DNA from: Desulfobacterales bacterium
GTDB lineage: Bacteria; Desulfobacterota; Desulfobacteria; Desulfobacterales; SURF-7
Direction of reading: 5' to 3'
Assembly: GCA_046484745.1 (NCBI GenBank)
Contig: JAWOIJ010000068.1
Span: 68,076-132,075 of the forward strand
Length of the DNA stretch: 64,000 nucleotides
Below the pieces are notes generated by a model that was not told where the DNA came from, did no database searches, and saw only the letters and a program-made list of their open reading frames with translations. Positions 37,278 to 48,259 of this stretch are shown here, piece by piece; within the stretch, counting starts at the first letter, position 1; the number at the start of each line of letters is the position of its first letter. The position numbers and the translations under genes were made by a program.

Positions 37278-38448
37278 TCCTCTTTTTAAGCGTCAGCTTG
37301 ACCTCAACATGGTCCAGCAATGGCGAAAACAGGTTCATAAAAAGAATAGCCATCATAACCCCCTCCGGATAGGCAGGATTGAAAACCCGAATCAAAACGG
37401 TCAACACACCGATGGCAAAACCATAAACCCATTTCACATGATCCATTCCCGGTGCTGAAACCGGGTCTGTTGCCATATACGCAATTCCAAAGGCAAAACC
37501 ACCCATAATCAGATGATAGAATGCCGGCAGGGCCATCCATGGATTTGCCTGCGGTCCCGCGAAAAGATTCAACACCAGGCCGGTCAGGAGTACACCCAGG
37601 ATTCCTCCTGCAATGATCCGGTAGGAAGCGATTCCCACCAGAACCAGAATAATCGCACCGACAAGGCAGCACAGCGTTGAAGTGCCTCCGATGCTTCCCG
37701 GATATCCTCCAACAAAAAGCTTAGCAGCCGTAAAACCTGCTTTTTCAAGAGCGTCTTGTACATTATCTCCGACAACGGTCAGATTTGAAAGAGCAAGGGG
37801 AGTGGCTCCGGTGACTGTATCCACGGCCTCTTTTGCCAGACTTCCGGTCGCGACCCAGACGGAATCACCCGACATTTTTGTGGGATAAGCAAAAAACAAA
37901 AATGCCCTCCCGGTAAGGGCCGGATTAAAAATATTACGCCCGGTACCGCCGAATACTTCTTTTCCGATGACAACACCGAAAGAAATTCCAACAGCAGCCT
38001 GCCAAAGCGGGATAGCCGGGGGCAGTGTCAGCGGAAACAGGAGTCCGGTTACGAGGAATCCTTCACTGATGGGGTGTTTCCGCAAAGACGCGAACAGAAT
38101 TTCCCAAAAAAAACCAACCGCATAGGATACAATTATTAGCGGAAGAACCAGTAAAACGCCCTGAAAAAAAACCGTTGGAAAATCAAGAGACATGCCTGTC
38201 GCTTTGCAGAACTGCCATCCGGTATTATAAATTCCGAAAATAAGCGGCGGTATCAATGCGAGGATGACGAAACTCATAAAACGCTTTAAATCGAGACTAT
38301 CCCGGACAAAAGGACTGTTCGTTGTGAGATTGCCCGGAAAAAAGAAAAACGTTTCCGTTGCCTCAAACAGCGGACGAAGCATTCTGAGTTTCCCTTTCTC
38401 TTCAAAATGCTTTCGCTGAGAATCGAAAATTTTCTGAATCTGTTTCAT
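37264..38448 (-). CDS. nqrB: NQR subunit B
   Basis: 394 aa of the NqrB/RnfD family, with the FMN site context VDTVTGATPL. Confidence 0.85.
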   Translation of the reverse strand: MKQIQKIFDSQRKHFEEKGKLRMLRPLFEATETFFFFPGNLTTNSPFVRDSLDLKRFMSFVILALIPPLIFGIYNTGWQFCKATGMSLDFPTVFFQGVLLVLPLIIVSYAVGFFWEILFASLRKHPISEGFLVTGLLFPLTLPPAIPLWQAAVGISFGVVIGKEVFGGTGRNIFNPALTGRAFLFFAYPTKMSGDSVWVATGSLAKEAVDTVTGATPLALSNLTVVGDNVQDALEKAGFTAAKLFVGGYPGSIGGTSTLCCLVGAIILVLVGIASYRIIAGGILGVLLTGLVLNLFAGPQANPWMALPAFYHLIMGGFAFGIAYMATDPVSAPGMDHVKWVYGFAIGVLTVLIRVFNPAYPEGVMMAILFMNLFSPLLDHVEVKLTLKKRIANV

Positions 38449-38459
38449 AGGGGTTCCGT

Positions 38460-39803
38460 TTACACTTTTTCCTTATAATAGTCATGCTTTGCTTTTTTCA
38501 AGGCCTCACAGATTTCAATCTTGGAAGGGCAGACATAGGTACACAGCCCGCATTCCACACAATCAAGAAGACCGTGAGACAATGCTTCTTCAACGGAATC
38601 CGCTCCAACACACTTCAAGGTAAACTGCGGCAGGATATCCACCGGGCAGATTTTCGCGCACGTGCCGCAATTCACGCAGGCCCTCTCTTCACCATGCATC
38701 CCGCTGTCGGAATCAACATTTTTTTTATAAAACACAGACAGGAAGGTTCGAGAAAAGCTGGGTTTTTTAAATCCGGGCCGCAAGAATCCAAACAATTCCG
38801 CTTCATCGCCATCGGGAATCCGAATGAGCGAGGTCTCATACAATCCAAGGTAAGAGCTGCTTTCCAGCGCATATCCGGTGAACAGACCCCCTGCAATGCA
38901 TCGCTCCCCCGGAAGGATCTCCGCTACCAGATCCTGAACCGGGACTCCAATCCGGGTCAAAAAATGTCTTCTCTTATCCATGAGGCTTCCGCCTGTCGCG
39001 ACGATTCTTTCCGTCACATATCTTCCGGTCTTGAGAAATCCGGAGATCATCAGAAGATCCTGGCCGGACAGATACCAGCTCAGATTTTCATCAGAAGATT
39101 TTTTGGTATGGTATAAAAGAACACCCGGGTCATTTGCCGGATATCGGCCGGAGACCTGATGGGTTATCCAGTTTTCAACTCCCTTACCCGCGAAGTCACA
39201 TGCGGTTACATGGACATGTTCCACCAGTTTTTTGAGGATCTCCAGTCCAAACGCGAAAAGATCCTCCTTTCCCTTCAGATAGACGGACGGGGAGGGCTGA
39301 AATGGATCCTGGCCGCCCAGGGTAACCCAGATGGAAGACGGACGGACATCCGGGTTTGCGATATCCCGGAAAGGGAGTTCCCGGATCAGGGGCCATACAC
39401 CGCTCTGCCGTAAAATCCGTATCAGCTCTTTCCTGTCCAGCGCATCAAAATCTTCTCCCGTTATCTTCCGGAATTCTTCAACCTGCTCTTCGGCATCCAG
39501 TTTGATCAAAATTTCTCGAATAACCCGCCGGGGACCATAATTGATTTCAACAATCTCTCCGCCTCCGGGAGAAAGAAACTTCAAATCCGTGTTGCGTTTA
39601 TCTTCAAACAAAGCCGTGCCGATTTTAACGAAATCTCCAACTTTTACCAGCAGCCTCGGCTTGATAAACGCGATGCGGTCGGGCAATACAGCCACATGAA
39701 GAGGGCGTTTCAGGGTTTCCAGTTCTAAGGAAGGGGCCCCGGTTATATTCAGATTATACCCTTTGGAAACCTTTACAGCGATCATAAAAACCTGTTTTTT
39801 CAC
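38460..39803 (-). CDS. nqrA: NQR subunit A
   Basis: 447 aa, first gene of the nqrABCDEF order. The start is uncertain: a GTG at 39803 or an ATG at 39785, and neither has a strong RBS. Confidence 0.8.
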   Translation of the reverse strand: MKKQVFMIAVKVSKGYNLNITGAPSLELETLKRPLHVAVLPDRIAFIKPRLLVKVGDFVKIGTALFEDKRNTDLKFLSPGGGEIVEINYGPRRVIREILIKLDAEEQVEEFRKITGEDFDALDRKELIRILRQSGVWPLIRELPFRDIANPDVRPSSIWVTLGGQDPFQPSPSVYLKGKEDLFAFGLEILKKLVEHVHVTACDFAGKGVENWITHQVSGRYPANDPGVLLYHTKKSSDENLSWYLSGQDLLMISGFLKTGRYVTERIVATGGSLMDKRRHFLTRIGVPVQDLVAEILPGERCIAGGLFTGYALESSSYLGLYETSLIRIPDGDEAELFGFLRPGFKKPSFSRTFLSVFYKKNVDSDSGMHGEERACVNCGTCAKICPVDILPQFTLKCVGADSVEEALSHGLLDCVECGLCTYVCPSKIEICEALKKAKHDYYKEKV

Positions 39804-39945
39804 GTTTCAGTTTGAAGATGATTTTTTCAAAAAAAAGCGGCATTTTCAGCCGGAACAGCCGGAATCATAAACACCGTTGAACCAAAAAATCCAAATCCCC
39901 TCTTCGTCGTTCTAATTTTCTTGCAGCATCATCAGGAATTAACGC

Positions 39946-41409
39946 TTAAAACTGGATCTCAGGTTGATTTCCCACAAAAAGTCCGACTGCTCTTCCGACA
40001 TCGGAATACGCCTTTTCCCGATCATAGTAGGCGGCAGTTGACCTTGTTCTTGCAGAATTCCTTGTCAATTCCGCTTCCAGGTATCGGGTGATCGTCACGG
40101 AACCGCCGTCATACTGTTTTTTTACCAATTGAAGCGATTCTTCGGCCATCTCTACACTGCTCCTTGCGACTTCCAGCCTTGCTTCCGCTTCTTCCAGTCT
40201 CAGATAGGCGGTTTTTACATCGAGCTTCACTTCCAGAAGCGTTTTACGGTCAGCGGCCAGCAACTCTTCAAGGGCGGCCGACGCTGTTTCTTTATTCGAT
40301 TTGGTCGAGAACCCCGTAAAAATATCCCAGTTCAGGACAATTGCGGCCATCCAGTTTTCTCGATCTTTTTCATATTCAAAATCCGAATCGTCAAAATAGT
40401 ATTTTCCCTGGATATCCACCGTTGGAAGATAGCCGGACCGCGCGATATCCAGAGACATCCGTGCCTTCTCCAGGTTTTTACGGACTTTTTTCAGTTCCGG
40501 CCGGTTTTTTATCGCTTCCAGAACACAGAAAGAAAAATCATTTGGTAGTGGAATGGATGATGGGGATTCTTGACGCAGAATAATATCCTTTTCCACGGAT
40601 ACACCCAGAAGATTGGCGAAAACAGCACGAGCGATCTTCTGCTGATTGTTGCTTCGGACCAGATCCTCATTCGCCTGCGCAAGCCGGACTTTGAGCGAAA
40701 GGATGTCCGACTTCAATACGCTGCCCCCTTCAAAGCGAATCATCATAATCCTGAGCTGTTCGGAAACGGTGGCTACGGATTCTGTTGCAATCTTGATGTA
40801 ATCCTGCGCGGCAAGCAAATTATAATAGCTCTGTATTACGGAGGCCACCAGGGCATTTTCAACAGCCCTTCTGTCCATGCGCTGAATATCAAGGTCGTTT
40901 CCGGCTATCCTTCGTTGCAGGATATCCCGGCCGCCATTGTATACATTCATTCCAGCCCGGACTCCGGTTTCAAAATTGTCATAATGACCTGGATAATTGA
41001 AATCGGTTCCTGCCGCAAACATGCGCTGGTCAATTGTTTTGAAAAGATAGGAGGAGGGCGCGTCACCCTGGGAGTATTCGGTGTAAAATCCGAGGTAAGG
41101 GTAAAAAAGAGAATCCGTTCTGCTGAACATGGCTTCTGCCTTGCGAATTCTTGCAGCAGCCATGTTGTTATCCGGGTTGTTGGCAAGAGCGATCTGGACA
41201 GCTTCTTTCAGGGTTATCGGTCCGTCCAGGATACAGCTGCCTTTTTCAGAACTGTTTTCTGCCGCACTTAACCTGCAAACCATATCCGCATATTCATTCT
41301 GGATATGATCGTATGAATACTTTTTTCCGGAATAACATCCGGAAATCACCAACAGGGAAAATATAAAGATATATGTCCGTAACAAATAGAGATGAATCAG
41401 TATTTTCAT
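39946..41409 (-). CDS. TolC-family outer membrane efflux lipoprotein
   Basis: 487 aa. It has a lipobox (LLVISGC) and two OEP repeats with long coiled-coil segments. Confidence 0.75.
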   Translation of the reverse strand: MKILIHLYLLRTYIFIFSLLVISGCYSGKKYSYDHIQNEYADMVCRLSAAENSSEKGSCILDGPITLKEAVQIALANNPDNNMAAARIRKAEAMFSRTDSLFYPYLGFYTEYSQGDAPSSYLFKTIDQRMFAAGTDFNYPGHYDNFETGVRAGMNVYNGGRDILQRRIAGNDLDIQRMDRRAVENALVASVIQSYYNLLAAQDYIKIATESVATVSEQLRIMMIRFEGGSVLKSDILSLKVRLAQANEDLVRSNNQQKIARAVFANLLGVSVEKDIILRQESPSSIPLPNDFSFCVLEAIKNRPELKKVRKNLEKARMSLDIARSGYLPTVDIQGKYYFDDSDFEYEKDRENWMAAIVLNWDIFTGFSTKSNKETASAALEELLAADRKTLLEVKLDVKTAYLRLEEAEARLEVARSSVEMAEESLQLVKKQYDGGSVTITRYLEAELTRNSARTRSTAAYYDREKAYSDVGRAVGLFVGNQPEIQF

Positions 41410-41683
41410 TACAGCACCTAGTCCGGATCATCATTGCTTTTGAACGGTGGAACGGTGAGTGTATATTTTTAATGGAAGACTTTACTAAAAAGTCTATACC
41501 ATATCAACCATCTTTTTACCAATCTTTCCTTGATTCATTTCCTCTGAAACAGGCGTAAGGCCCCTTTCCATCGTCAGAGAGAAGAATACCGTTCATAAGC
41601 TGTTTGAAGAAGCCAGGAAAAATTCGGAAAAAGAAAAGGTGAAACGTGGGTGTAAAACCTTTCATAAAATTCTCTTAAAATGA

Positions 41684-43162
41684 TTACGCTACTGCATGCA
41701 TATGGTTAATCAATTCTTTGGCTTCAACCGTTGCTATGCCGGAATTGATATCAGACATGGCGTAGGGTATGATTAATTTGTTATTATGAATTATCGCACC
41801 GCAAGTATAAACAACATTGGGAACATATCCCTCGCGCTCCTTCTCACGCGGGACAAGCAATGGTTCATCCAGGCGGGCGATGATTTTTGAAGGCTCTTCA
41901 AGATCAAGCAGCATAGCGCCAATGCAATACTGACGCATGGGCCCGACACCGTGGGTGAGAACGATCCAGCCTTCATTCGTTTCGAGGGGGGAACCACAGT
42001 TGCCGACCTGGAAAAATTCCCATGGATATTCAGGCTCCTGGAGGATTTGGGACTCTTGCCAGAAATGGATATTGTCTGAAAACATGATATGATTGTTTTC
42101 ACCGTCCTGACGCGAGAGCATGGCATAGCGGCCGCCGATTTTCCGCGGGAAAAGTGCCATGCCTTTGTTATGTACTGCCTTCCCGTTGAGCGTTAACACA
42201 TTGAATTTTATGAAATCCCTTGTTTCAATCAACTGCGGTAAAACCGTAATGCCGTTATAGGCTGTATAGGTTGCATAATAAGTGACTTCTTGCCTGTCAT
42301 CGAAAAATTGAACGAACCGGGCATCTTCAATGCCCCTGCTTTCGTTTTTCGAAACGGGAAAGATCACCCGTTCGGATATGCGGTGATCGGCGTGAAAACT
42401 GACCTCATAATTGGAATTTGCCAACCACCACATGACCTCAAAGATTCTGTTCTGGAGCGCTTTGGAAAACAATGGTTTTGTGCGAAGCAGCCCAATTTTT
42501 TCCAATAACTCTTTATACATAAAATCTTCCGGCAACTGGTTAAGAATATGGGTGGTTATCTCATTATCGGTCCCCATCTCGTTCAGCTTGCGCTGGAAAA
42601 CATTGCGTTTGTAAACCGGGTCTAACTGGAGATCCGGTGTTTCCACAAAATCACTGATCGGATCGAAAAGGCACGTATTGTGCCGGTCAAGGACACCACT
42701 GCGAAATACAATTGACGAAACGTGGCCTTCACCGGTAGCCCGCAGGCTCATGACAAAACGCAAACTGCCTTTTTTCAGATTACGTTGATCCGGATGGGGG
42801 ACAATGGAAGGGTTGAAAAGCGCGGCTGATTCAATGGCATACTCCTTTGTAAAGTAGGCTCCGATGAGAGCCCTTTGAACATCGCTGAGCATTGTATTCC
42901 GGGGAAGATACTTTTTCACCGCATTCAGGGACCGCTCAAAAACATGCCCGATATTTTCGTGCCTTCCATAAAAATCAGCCATGATTTGCGCCATCAGATT
43001 TTCGGCTGCCCTGTCCGGCAAGCTCATGATTCGCTGAATTATTTTCGCGATGCGATGCCTCTCAACGGGAAGATGAATCTGGGTGATTACCCGTGATGTA
43101 TCTCTTAAGATCCTATTTGCCTTTCTTTCAACTTTCAGTCTTCGTTTTTTTTTTGCTCGCAT
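41684..43162 (-). CDS. GH130-family glycosidase/phosphorylase-like protein with about 170-aa N-terminal extension
   Basis: RGIEDARFVQF...YYATYTAYNG and VPNVVYTCGA are five-bladed propeller GH130 (PH1107-related) blocks. Confidence 0.65.
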   Translation of the reverse strand: MRAKKKRRLKVERKANRILRDTSRVITQIHLPVERHRIAKIIQRIMSLPDRAAENLMAQIMADFYGRHENIGHVFERSLNAVKKYLPRNTMLSDVQRALIGAYFTKEYAIESAALFNPSIVPHPDQRNLKKGSLRFVMSLRATGEGHVSSIVFRSGVLDRHNTCLFDPISDFVETPDLQLDPVYKRNVFQRKLNEMGTDNEITTHILNQLPEDFMYKELLEKIGLLRTKPLFSKALQNRIFEVMWWLANSNYEVSFHADHRISERVIFPVSKNESRGIEDARFVQFFDDRQEVTYYATYTAYNGITVLPQLIETRDFIKFNVLTLNGKAVHNKGMALFPRKIGGRYAMLSRQDGENNHIMFSDNIHFWQESQILQEPEYPWEFFQVGNCGSPLETNEGWIVLTHGVGPMRQYCIGAMLLDLEEPSKIIARLDEPLLVPREKEREGYVPNVVYTCGAIIHNNKLIIPYAMSDINSGIATVEAKELINHMHAVA

Positions 43163-43267
43163 ATCATTGTGCCCCGATTGCTATAGGTCTTTCATTACGA
43201 TAGCGCTTCAATTCCAGCCTATCCCCGAAATTGGTTTTTCGGTCTGCGATTAGCCGTCAATGGTTAT

Positions 43268-44209
43268 CTACAGCGGCGGCCGTGCCGCCGAGAGACAGAG
43301 CGTCACCAATTCATCGATCACCGCCGTACCGGCGCACATGACCGTATCCGCGCCGCCCCAGTATATTTTTACCGTACCGTCGTCTTCCGGAACAGCACCG
43401 CAGGTAAATACGACATTCGGAACATAGCCGGTTACCTCCCAGGGATCCTCGGGCTGTAATATCCATTGATCGGAAACGCCGATGATATTGGCCGGATCAT
43501 CAAGGTCATGCAAGGCCGCGCCGAGTCGATATACGGTTCCGGACATTGTCTTAAAAACGCCGTGGTAAATATGAAGCCAGCCCTTTTCGGTTCTAAATGG
43601 CGTTGCGCCGGGACCGATTTTCATTTCATCCCAGTGATAGGCCACCGGCTTCATAATCACCCGGGAATCGCCCCAGTGTATGAGGTCGGGAGAATAGGAA
43701 ATCCAGATCGACCAGGGAGAAATTTCGGAATGCGGCCGGTCCAAACGCACATACCGGTCGCCGAACTTTTCAGGAAAGATGACCACGTTTCGGAGGTCAG
43801 CCTGGGTGATCAGAGAAACACGTTCCACTGTTTGAAAATCATTCGTTCGCGCCAGGGCAATCCGCACGCCATGCCGAGAATAGGCGCTGTAGGTCAGCAG
43901 ATACTCTCCCTCAACAGGGCAAATCCTCAAGTCCTCAACCCCGAATTCCTCATATTCCGCAAAAATGCCGTCCACTGACGGCAATAGAAAAGGCCGTGGA
44001 TGAACCGAAAATGAAAACCCATCCTCGCTGTCAGCCCGGCCGATGATGGAACGTCCGCTCAGCAGATGCGATCTGAACAGCATAATGTAACGGCCATTGT
44101 GTTTGACGATGCCTGCATTGTGAACCGTGGCTACCGGGTATGGCACATCTTTTTTGGTCAGTACGGGGTTTTTTTTAAAACGGGTTATTATCGGATTATG
44201 CGTTTTCAT
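43268..44209 (-). CDS. GH130-family glycosidase/beta-mannoside phosphorylase-like protein
   Basis: 313 aa with FKKNPVLTKKDVPY, FNAG-like VHNAGIV, EDLRICPV and VPNVVFTCGA. Confidence 0.7.
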   Translation of the reverse strand: MKTHNPIITRFKKNPVLTKKDVPYPVATVHNAGIVKHNGRYIMLFRSHLLSGRSIIGRADSEDGFSFSVHPRPFLLPSVDGIFAEYEEFGVEDLRICPVEGEYLLTYSAYSRHGVRIALARTNDFQTVERVSLITQADLRNVVIFPEKFGDRYVRLDRPHSEISPWSIWISYSPDLIHWGDSRVIMKPVAYHWDEMKIGPGATPFRTEKGWLHIYHGVFKTMSGTVYRLGAALHDLDDPANIIGVSDQWILQPEDPWEVTGYVPNVVFTCGAVPEDDGTVKIYWGGADTVMCAGTAVIDELVTLCLSAARPPL

Positions 44210-44278
44210 AGCGATCTGTCCTGTAAAATTATTTTAAAATCTTATGCCGCCTGTTTCGGTTATCTGTTTGAAAAATTT

Positions 44279-45310
44279 TCAAGGCGATTTTCTCAGCTTT
44301 TCAACGTCCAGAATCATTTCATAAACGTTTATGTATTCATGGATCATGCGGTCGACTGTGAAATGCCGTTCAACATGGCGACGGCAGGTTGCGCGGTCAA
44401 TCTCTTTAATACGTGCAAAAGCATCAATGGCCTCGTCCACGTTGCCCACCAAAAAACCGTTTTTACCGTTTTCGATCAGTTCAGGCATGCTGCCCCGATC
44501 AAAGGCGATCACGGGCGTACCGCAGGCCATGGCTTCGATAACAGAAAGACCGAAAGGCTCATCAAACTGTATTGGGTGCAATAGCGCGCACGCTTTTCCG
44601 AGAAGCCGATTGCGGTCTGCCGGTCCGACGCTGCCGGCATAGATTACCTTGTCGTTGTCGATGTGCGGAACGACATATCGGTCATGGTAGGCCTGATCCT
44701 GGACAATACCCGCCAATATCAGCTTTTTATTGCAGGCCCTGGCGATTTCAATCGCTTGTCGGGGACCCTTGTCTTCGTGGATGCGCCCGAAAAAAAGCAG
44801 GGTATCGTCCGGGGAGGGTTGAAAATCAAACTGCTTGATGTCAATGCCATGATGGATGGTTTTGATATAATCAAGATCCAGGGAACGGTCGGCATCGCTG
44901 ATGGAAACATAGAATACGCCGGCGTTGTATTTCTTGTAGACCGGGAGAATCCCGGACGATGAAAACCCGTGAATGGTGGTCACCACCGGTGTGGTGGTCA
45001 GGCCTGTATAGGTCAACGGCAGGTAGTCAAAGTGGTTATGGATCAAGTCATACCCATCGGCATGCTCAAAGAGTTCTGAAATATGCAGGCTTTCCCAGAC
45101 TTTTGGTATGAGTGAGCGGTCTTCTTCATAACCCCTCGGGCAAACGGCGTGCAGCGTTCCCCTGGTAAGCGAATCCGCGGTTGCAAACAAGGTTACATCA
45201 TGACCACGTGCTACCAGTCCCTCGGTTAAAAGGGAGGCTACATTTTCCCAGGGCCCGTAATGTCGCGGCGGTGTGCGCCAGGCAATGGGTGAGAGCATGG
45301 CAATGTGCAT
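44279..45310 (-). CDS. glycosyltransferase family 4
   Basis: 343 aa. It has the GT-B fold with the C-terminal EPFGLSVIEAMACGTPVIA (EX7E) motif. Confidence 0.8.
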   Translation of the reverse strand: MHIAMLSPIAWRTPPRHYGPWENVASLLTEGLVARGHDVTLFATADSLTRGTLHAVCPRGYEEDRSLIPKVWESLHISELFEHADGYDLIHNHFDYLPLTYTGLTTTPVVTTIHGFSSSGILPVYKKYNAGVFYVSISDADRSLDLDYIKTIHHGIDIKQFDFQPSPDDTLLFFGRIHEDKGPRQAIEIARACNKKLILAGIVQDQAYHDRYVVPHIDNDKVIYAGSVGPADRNRLLGKACALLHPIQFDEPFGLSVIEAMACGTPVIAFDRGSMPELIENGKNGFLVGNVDEAIDAFARIKEIDRATCRRHVERHFTVDRMIHEYINVYEMILDVEKLRKSP

Positions 45311-45324
45311 GACTGATCCTTTTA

Positions 45325-47631
45325 TTAATCGGTTTTCTGTGACGACAATTGATTTAAAACCTCGTCGGCATAGAGCTTCTGCAGTGTCATCACTGAAAGC
45401 AGCCAGGCAAGGGACGATTCAGCACCTTCATTCTGGTTGATGCCGTTCGCCATCAACCCATCCCGGCAGCCCCCGGTCTTGGGATCATAGAGCGGCATAT
45501 TCAGATCATTTTGTCCGAGAAACCAGTTAAAGCACATGGCCGCGTTCTCAAACCATGTATGATCCCGGGTAATATTAAACGCTTCGACACAGGCTTCAAT
45601 CATGGCATTGGCTTCGACCGGCTGCTGGTCGAAACGGGCTCTGGGTCCGCCTTTTTCATACCAACCGTTGCTGCCGATAGGCACAAAGTGTTTATCTTCG
45701 GTTTGGATGGCAAGCAGCCACGTAAGGGATTTGAGTCCCATATCGATCATATCGCTTCTTTGCATCCGGCGGCCGGACAGCAGCAGGGCATGTGCCAGTT
45801 TGCCGTTCGCATAGTTTAGCGCGTTCTCAAGCCACGGCCAATCATCGGTTGCATTGTTTTTAAACTGATTGAAAAGCCTGTCGGCAAGAACTTCCCGAAT
45901 CATGCGCACCTCACTATCGCCGGAAAATCTATGCAGGTAAGCATGCATGCCCACCAGGCAAAAAGCGATTGCGCGGGGCGAATAAAAATTTTCGACCACT
46001 CTCAGAGCCTTTTTAAAAAGGGTTGTGCTCATTGCAAGATGCCCAGGATTGTCAAGAAAAACCACTGCTTTACCAAGGCACCAGATCGCTCTGCCATGCG
46101 CGTCCTCGGACCCGATCTCCTCCATCCACTGCCGGGAATACGTCATGAAATTACGAAAGCGTCCATTTTTTTCATTATAGGCATACAGTAGAAATCCCAG
46201 ATAATGACCGCTGAGAATATCAAGTCCCAGTCCGTTTGTCGGCAGGTATTTTTGACTCATGACAGCAACCAGCAGCGCCCTGGCATTATCATCGGTGCAG
46301 TAGCCATGGGAGCGATCGGGAATGGTATAGTTGGCATGTTGCAGGATGCCGGTATCATCGGTAAAGGCTTTCAGGTGATCAAGCTTGATCTCCGGGAGTT
46401 CGAAATTCGTGATGGCCTTGATGTTTTCAACATAGGAATGCCGGGGACGGGGGTTCCTTGTTCGGTTTTGCCGCACTTCACTGAAGACCTGGAGGTATTT
46501 ACGGGATACCTCCTTCCAGACTGAATCACGGCTGAACATATAGGCTTTTTTGCGCATGGCGTGCCGTTCGACATCGTTGCCCAAAAGTCCGATGATCTCT
46601 TCCGCTATGGCGTCCGGATTGCGGAAAGGTACAATTCGGCCCCGGCCTTCGGCAAGCATCTCGATGGCATACCAGTATGGTGTTGAAATGACGGCTTTGC
46701 CTGTGCCCATGGCATAGGCAAGGGTCCCGGAGGTAATCTGGGCTTCATCCAGATAAGGAGTTACGTAGATATCGGCGATGCCGAGAAACTCACACAACTC
46801 TTTTATTTCAACAAAACGATTTTGAAAAATGACATGCCTGCCGATATCGAGTTTGTGCACGAGTTGCTGCAGCATGATACGGTATGCATCCCCCTGTGAC
46901 TTTAGAACATGCGGGTGCGTTGCTCCCAGGATGATATAGACCACATCAGGGTGTTTTTTGATAACCGCCGGAAGTGCTTGCAGCACATTTTCGATGCCCT
47001 TATTTGTGGAAAGCAAGCCGAATGTGAGCAGCACCTTTTTGCCTTCCACACCAAACTTGTCTTTGTAGAAGCTTGAATCAATGAATGCCGTATCCGGAAT
47101 GCCGTGATGGATAAAGGCAATCTTCTCTTCGGGGACCGCATAGATATCTTTAAGGAAATCATAAGCTTTAAGACTCATCACCACCAGCTTGTCGGACAGA
47201 TCGGACAATTTGCACATGACATCACGATATTCCGGAGCCGGATCTTCCAAAACGGTGTGCAGCGTTGTCACTACCGGCATGCGCAGATCACCTAATAGTT
47301 TCAGGAGGTGGCTGCCGGCCGGACCTCCGAAAAGACCGTATTCATGCTGCAAGCAGACAATATCCGTCTGACTGATGTTGAGAAATTGAGATGCGACATC
47401 ATAATCGGTCAACTTGTTCTGGTTGATCTCAAAGCGCACTTTTCCCGGATATGGATACCCCTCAGGTTTGTCATTCATGGCAACCGCCCAGCAGTGAATA
47501 TCAGGGGCTTCCGCTGATAAGCCTTCAACCAGATCCGTAGTGAAGGTTGCGATCCCGCACCGGCGTGGCAGATAGTTGCCGATTACGGCAACCGAGTCGA
47601 TCCCCTCATAATACTTAATAACAGATGTCAT
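45325..47631 (-). CDS. GT4 glycosyltransferase fused to a C-terminal alpha/alpha-toroid-like domain
   Basis: 768 aa. The N-terminal half has GT4 blocks (GTLAYAMGTGKAVISTP). The C-terminal roughly 370 aa is helical-repeat and glycoside-hydrolase-like. Confidence 0.65.
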   Translation of the reverse strand: MTSVIKYYEGIDSVAVIGNYLPRRCGIATFTTDLVEGLSAEAPDIHCWAVAMNDKPEGYPYPGKVRFEINQNKLTDYDVASQFLNISQTDIVCLQHEYGLFGGPAGSHLLKLLGDLRMPVVTTLHTVLEDPAPEYRDVMCKLSDLSDKLVVMSLKAYDFLKDIYAVPEEKIAFIHHGIPDTAFIDSSFYKDKFGVEGKKVLLTFGLLSTNKGIENVLQALPAVIKKHPDVVYIILGATHPHVLKSQGDAYRIMLQQLVHKLDIGRHVIFQNRFVEIKELCEFLGIADIYVTPYLDEAQITSGTLAYAMGTGKAVISTPYWYAIEMLAEGRGRIVPFRNPDAIAEEIIGLLGNDVERHAMRKKAYMFSRDSVWKEVSRKYLQVFSEVRQNRTRNPRPRHSYVENIKAITNFELPEIKLDHLKAFTDDTGILQHANYTIPDRSHGYCTDDNARALLVAVMSQKYLPTNGLGLDILSGHYLGFLLYAYNEKNGRFRNFMTYSRQWMEEIGSEDAHGRAIWCLGKAVVFLDNPGHLAMSTTLFKKALRVVENFYSPRAIAFCLVGMHAYLHRFSGDSEVRMIREVLADRLFNQFKNNATDDWPWLENALNYANGKLAHALLLSGRRMQRSDMIDMGLKSLTWLLAIQTEDKHFVPIGSNGWYEKGGPRARFDQQPVEANAMIEACVEAFNITRDHTWFENAAMCFNWFLGQNDLNMPLYDPKTGGCRDGLMANGINQNEGAESSLAWLLSVMTLQKLYADEVLNQLSSQKTD

Positions 47632-47795
47632 AACCGCTACCTTTTTGTTTTATGTTTCTCTTCCATTTTCTTAAATCGATTTCATGTTATCTTTTTTTTG
47701 CTTCCGTTTCTCCTTTAGCGTGTCCTTACCTTTTTTCTGTTCTTCTCGTTTGTCTTTATCTTTGTTTTTAGTATGAGTATGTTCTTGTTCTCATG

Positions 47796-48182
47796 TTAAA
47801 TTGAATCAAAAACTTTCCTTAACTTCTTTTCGATTGCAGAGGCAATTTTCTCTAATTCAACATTGCCGATCATTTTCATAGCTACTGTTGGTTTGATAAT
47901 TGAAACAACGGTTTTCTTTTGCTTTTCGTAAATCACAACATTGCAGGGAAGCATCAACCCGATATTTTCCTCAACAAGAATAGCTTCATGGGCGCTTGGC
48001 GGGTTGCATGCACCCAATATTATGTACTTTTTAAAGTCAATCCCAAGTTTCTCTTCGAGTTTTTCCGCTACGTTAATTTGTGTCAGAATACCAAAACCTT
48101 CGTTTTTCAATTCGTTTGTAACTTTATCCAATGTTTCTTCAAACGAAGCATCAATTTCTTTTGTAAATCCGTAAGTAATCAT
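47796..48182 (-). CDS. DUF302 domain protein
   Basis: 128 aa. The pattern FGILTQINV...ILGACNP is typical of DUF302. Confidence 0.6.
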   Translation of the reverse strand: MITYGFTKEIDASFEETLDKVTNELKNEGFGILTQINVAEKLEEKLGIDFKKYIILGACNPPSAHEAILVEENIGLMLPCNVVIYEKQKKTVVSIIKPTVAMKMIGNVELEKIASAIEKKLRKVFDSI

Positions 48183-48259
48183 TTTTCAATCAGCAACATG
48201 GTCTTTTTCCTCAGAAATGAATAACCTGCTCATTGTCTCAGCAGCCGCACAGACATGAA

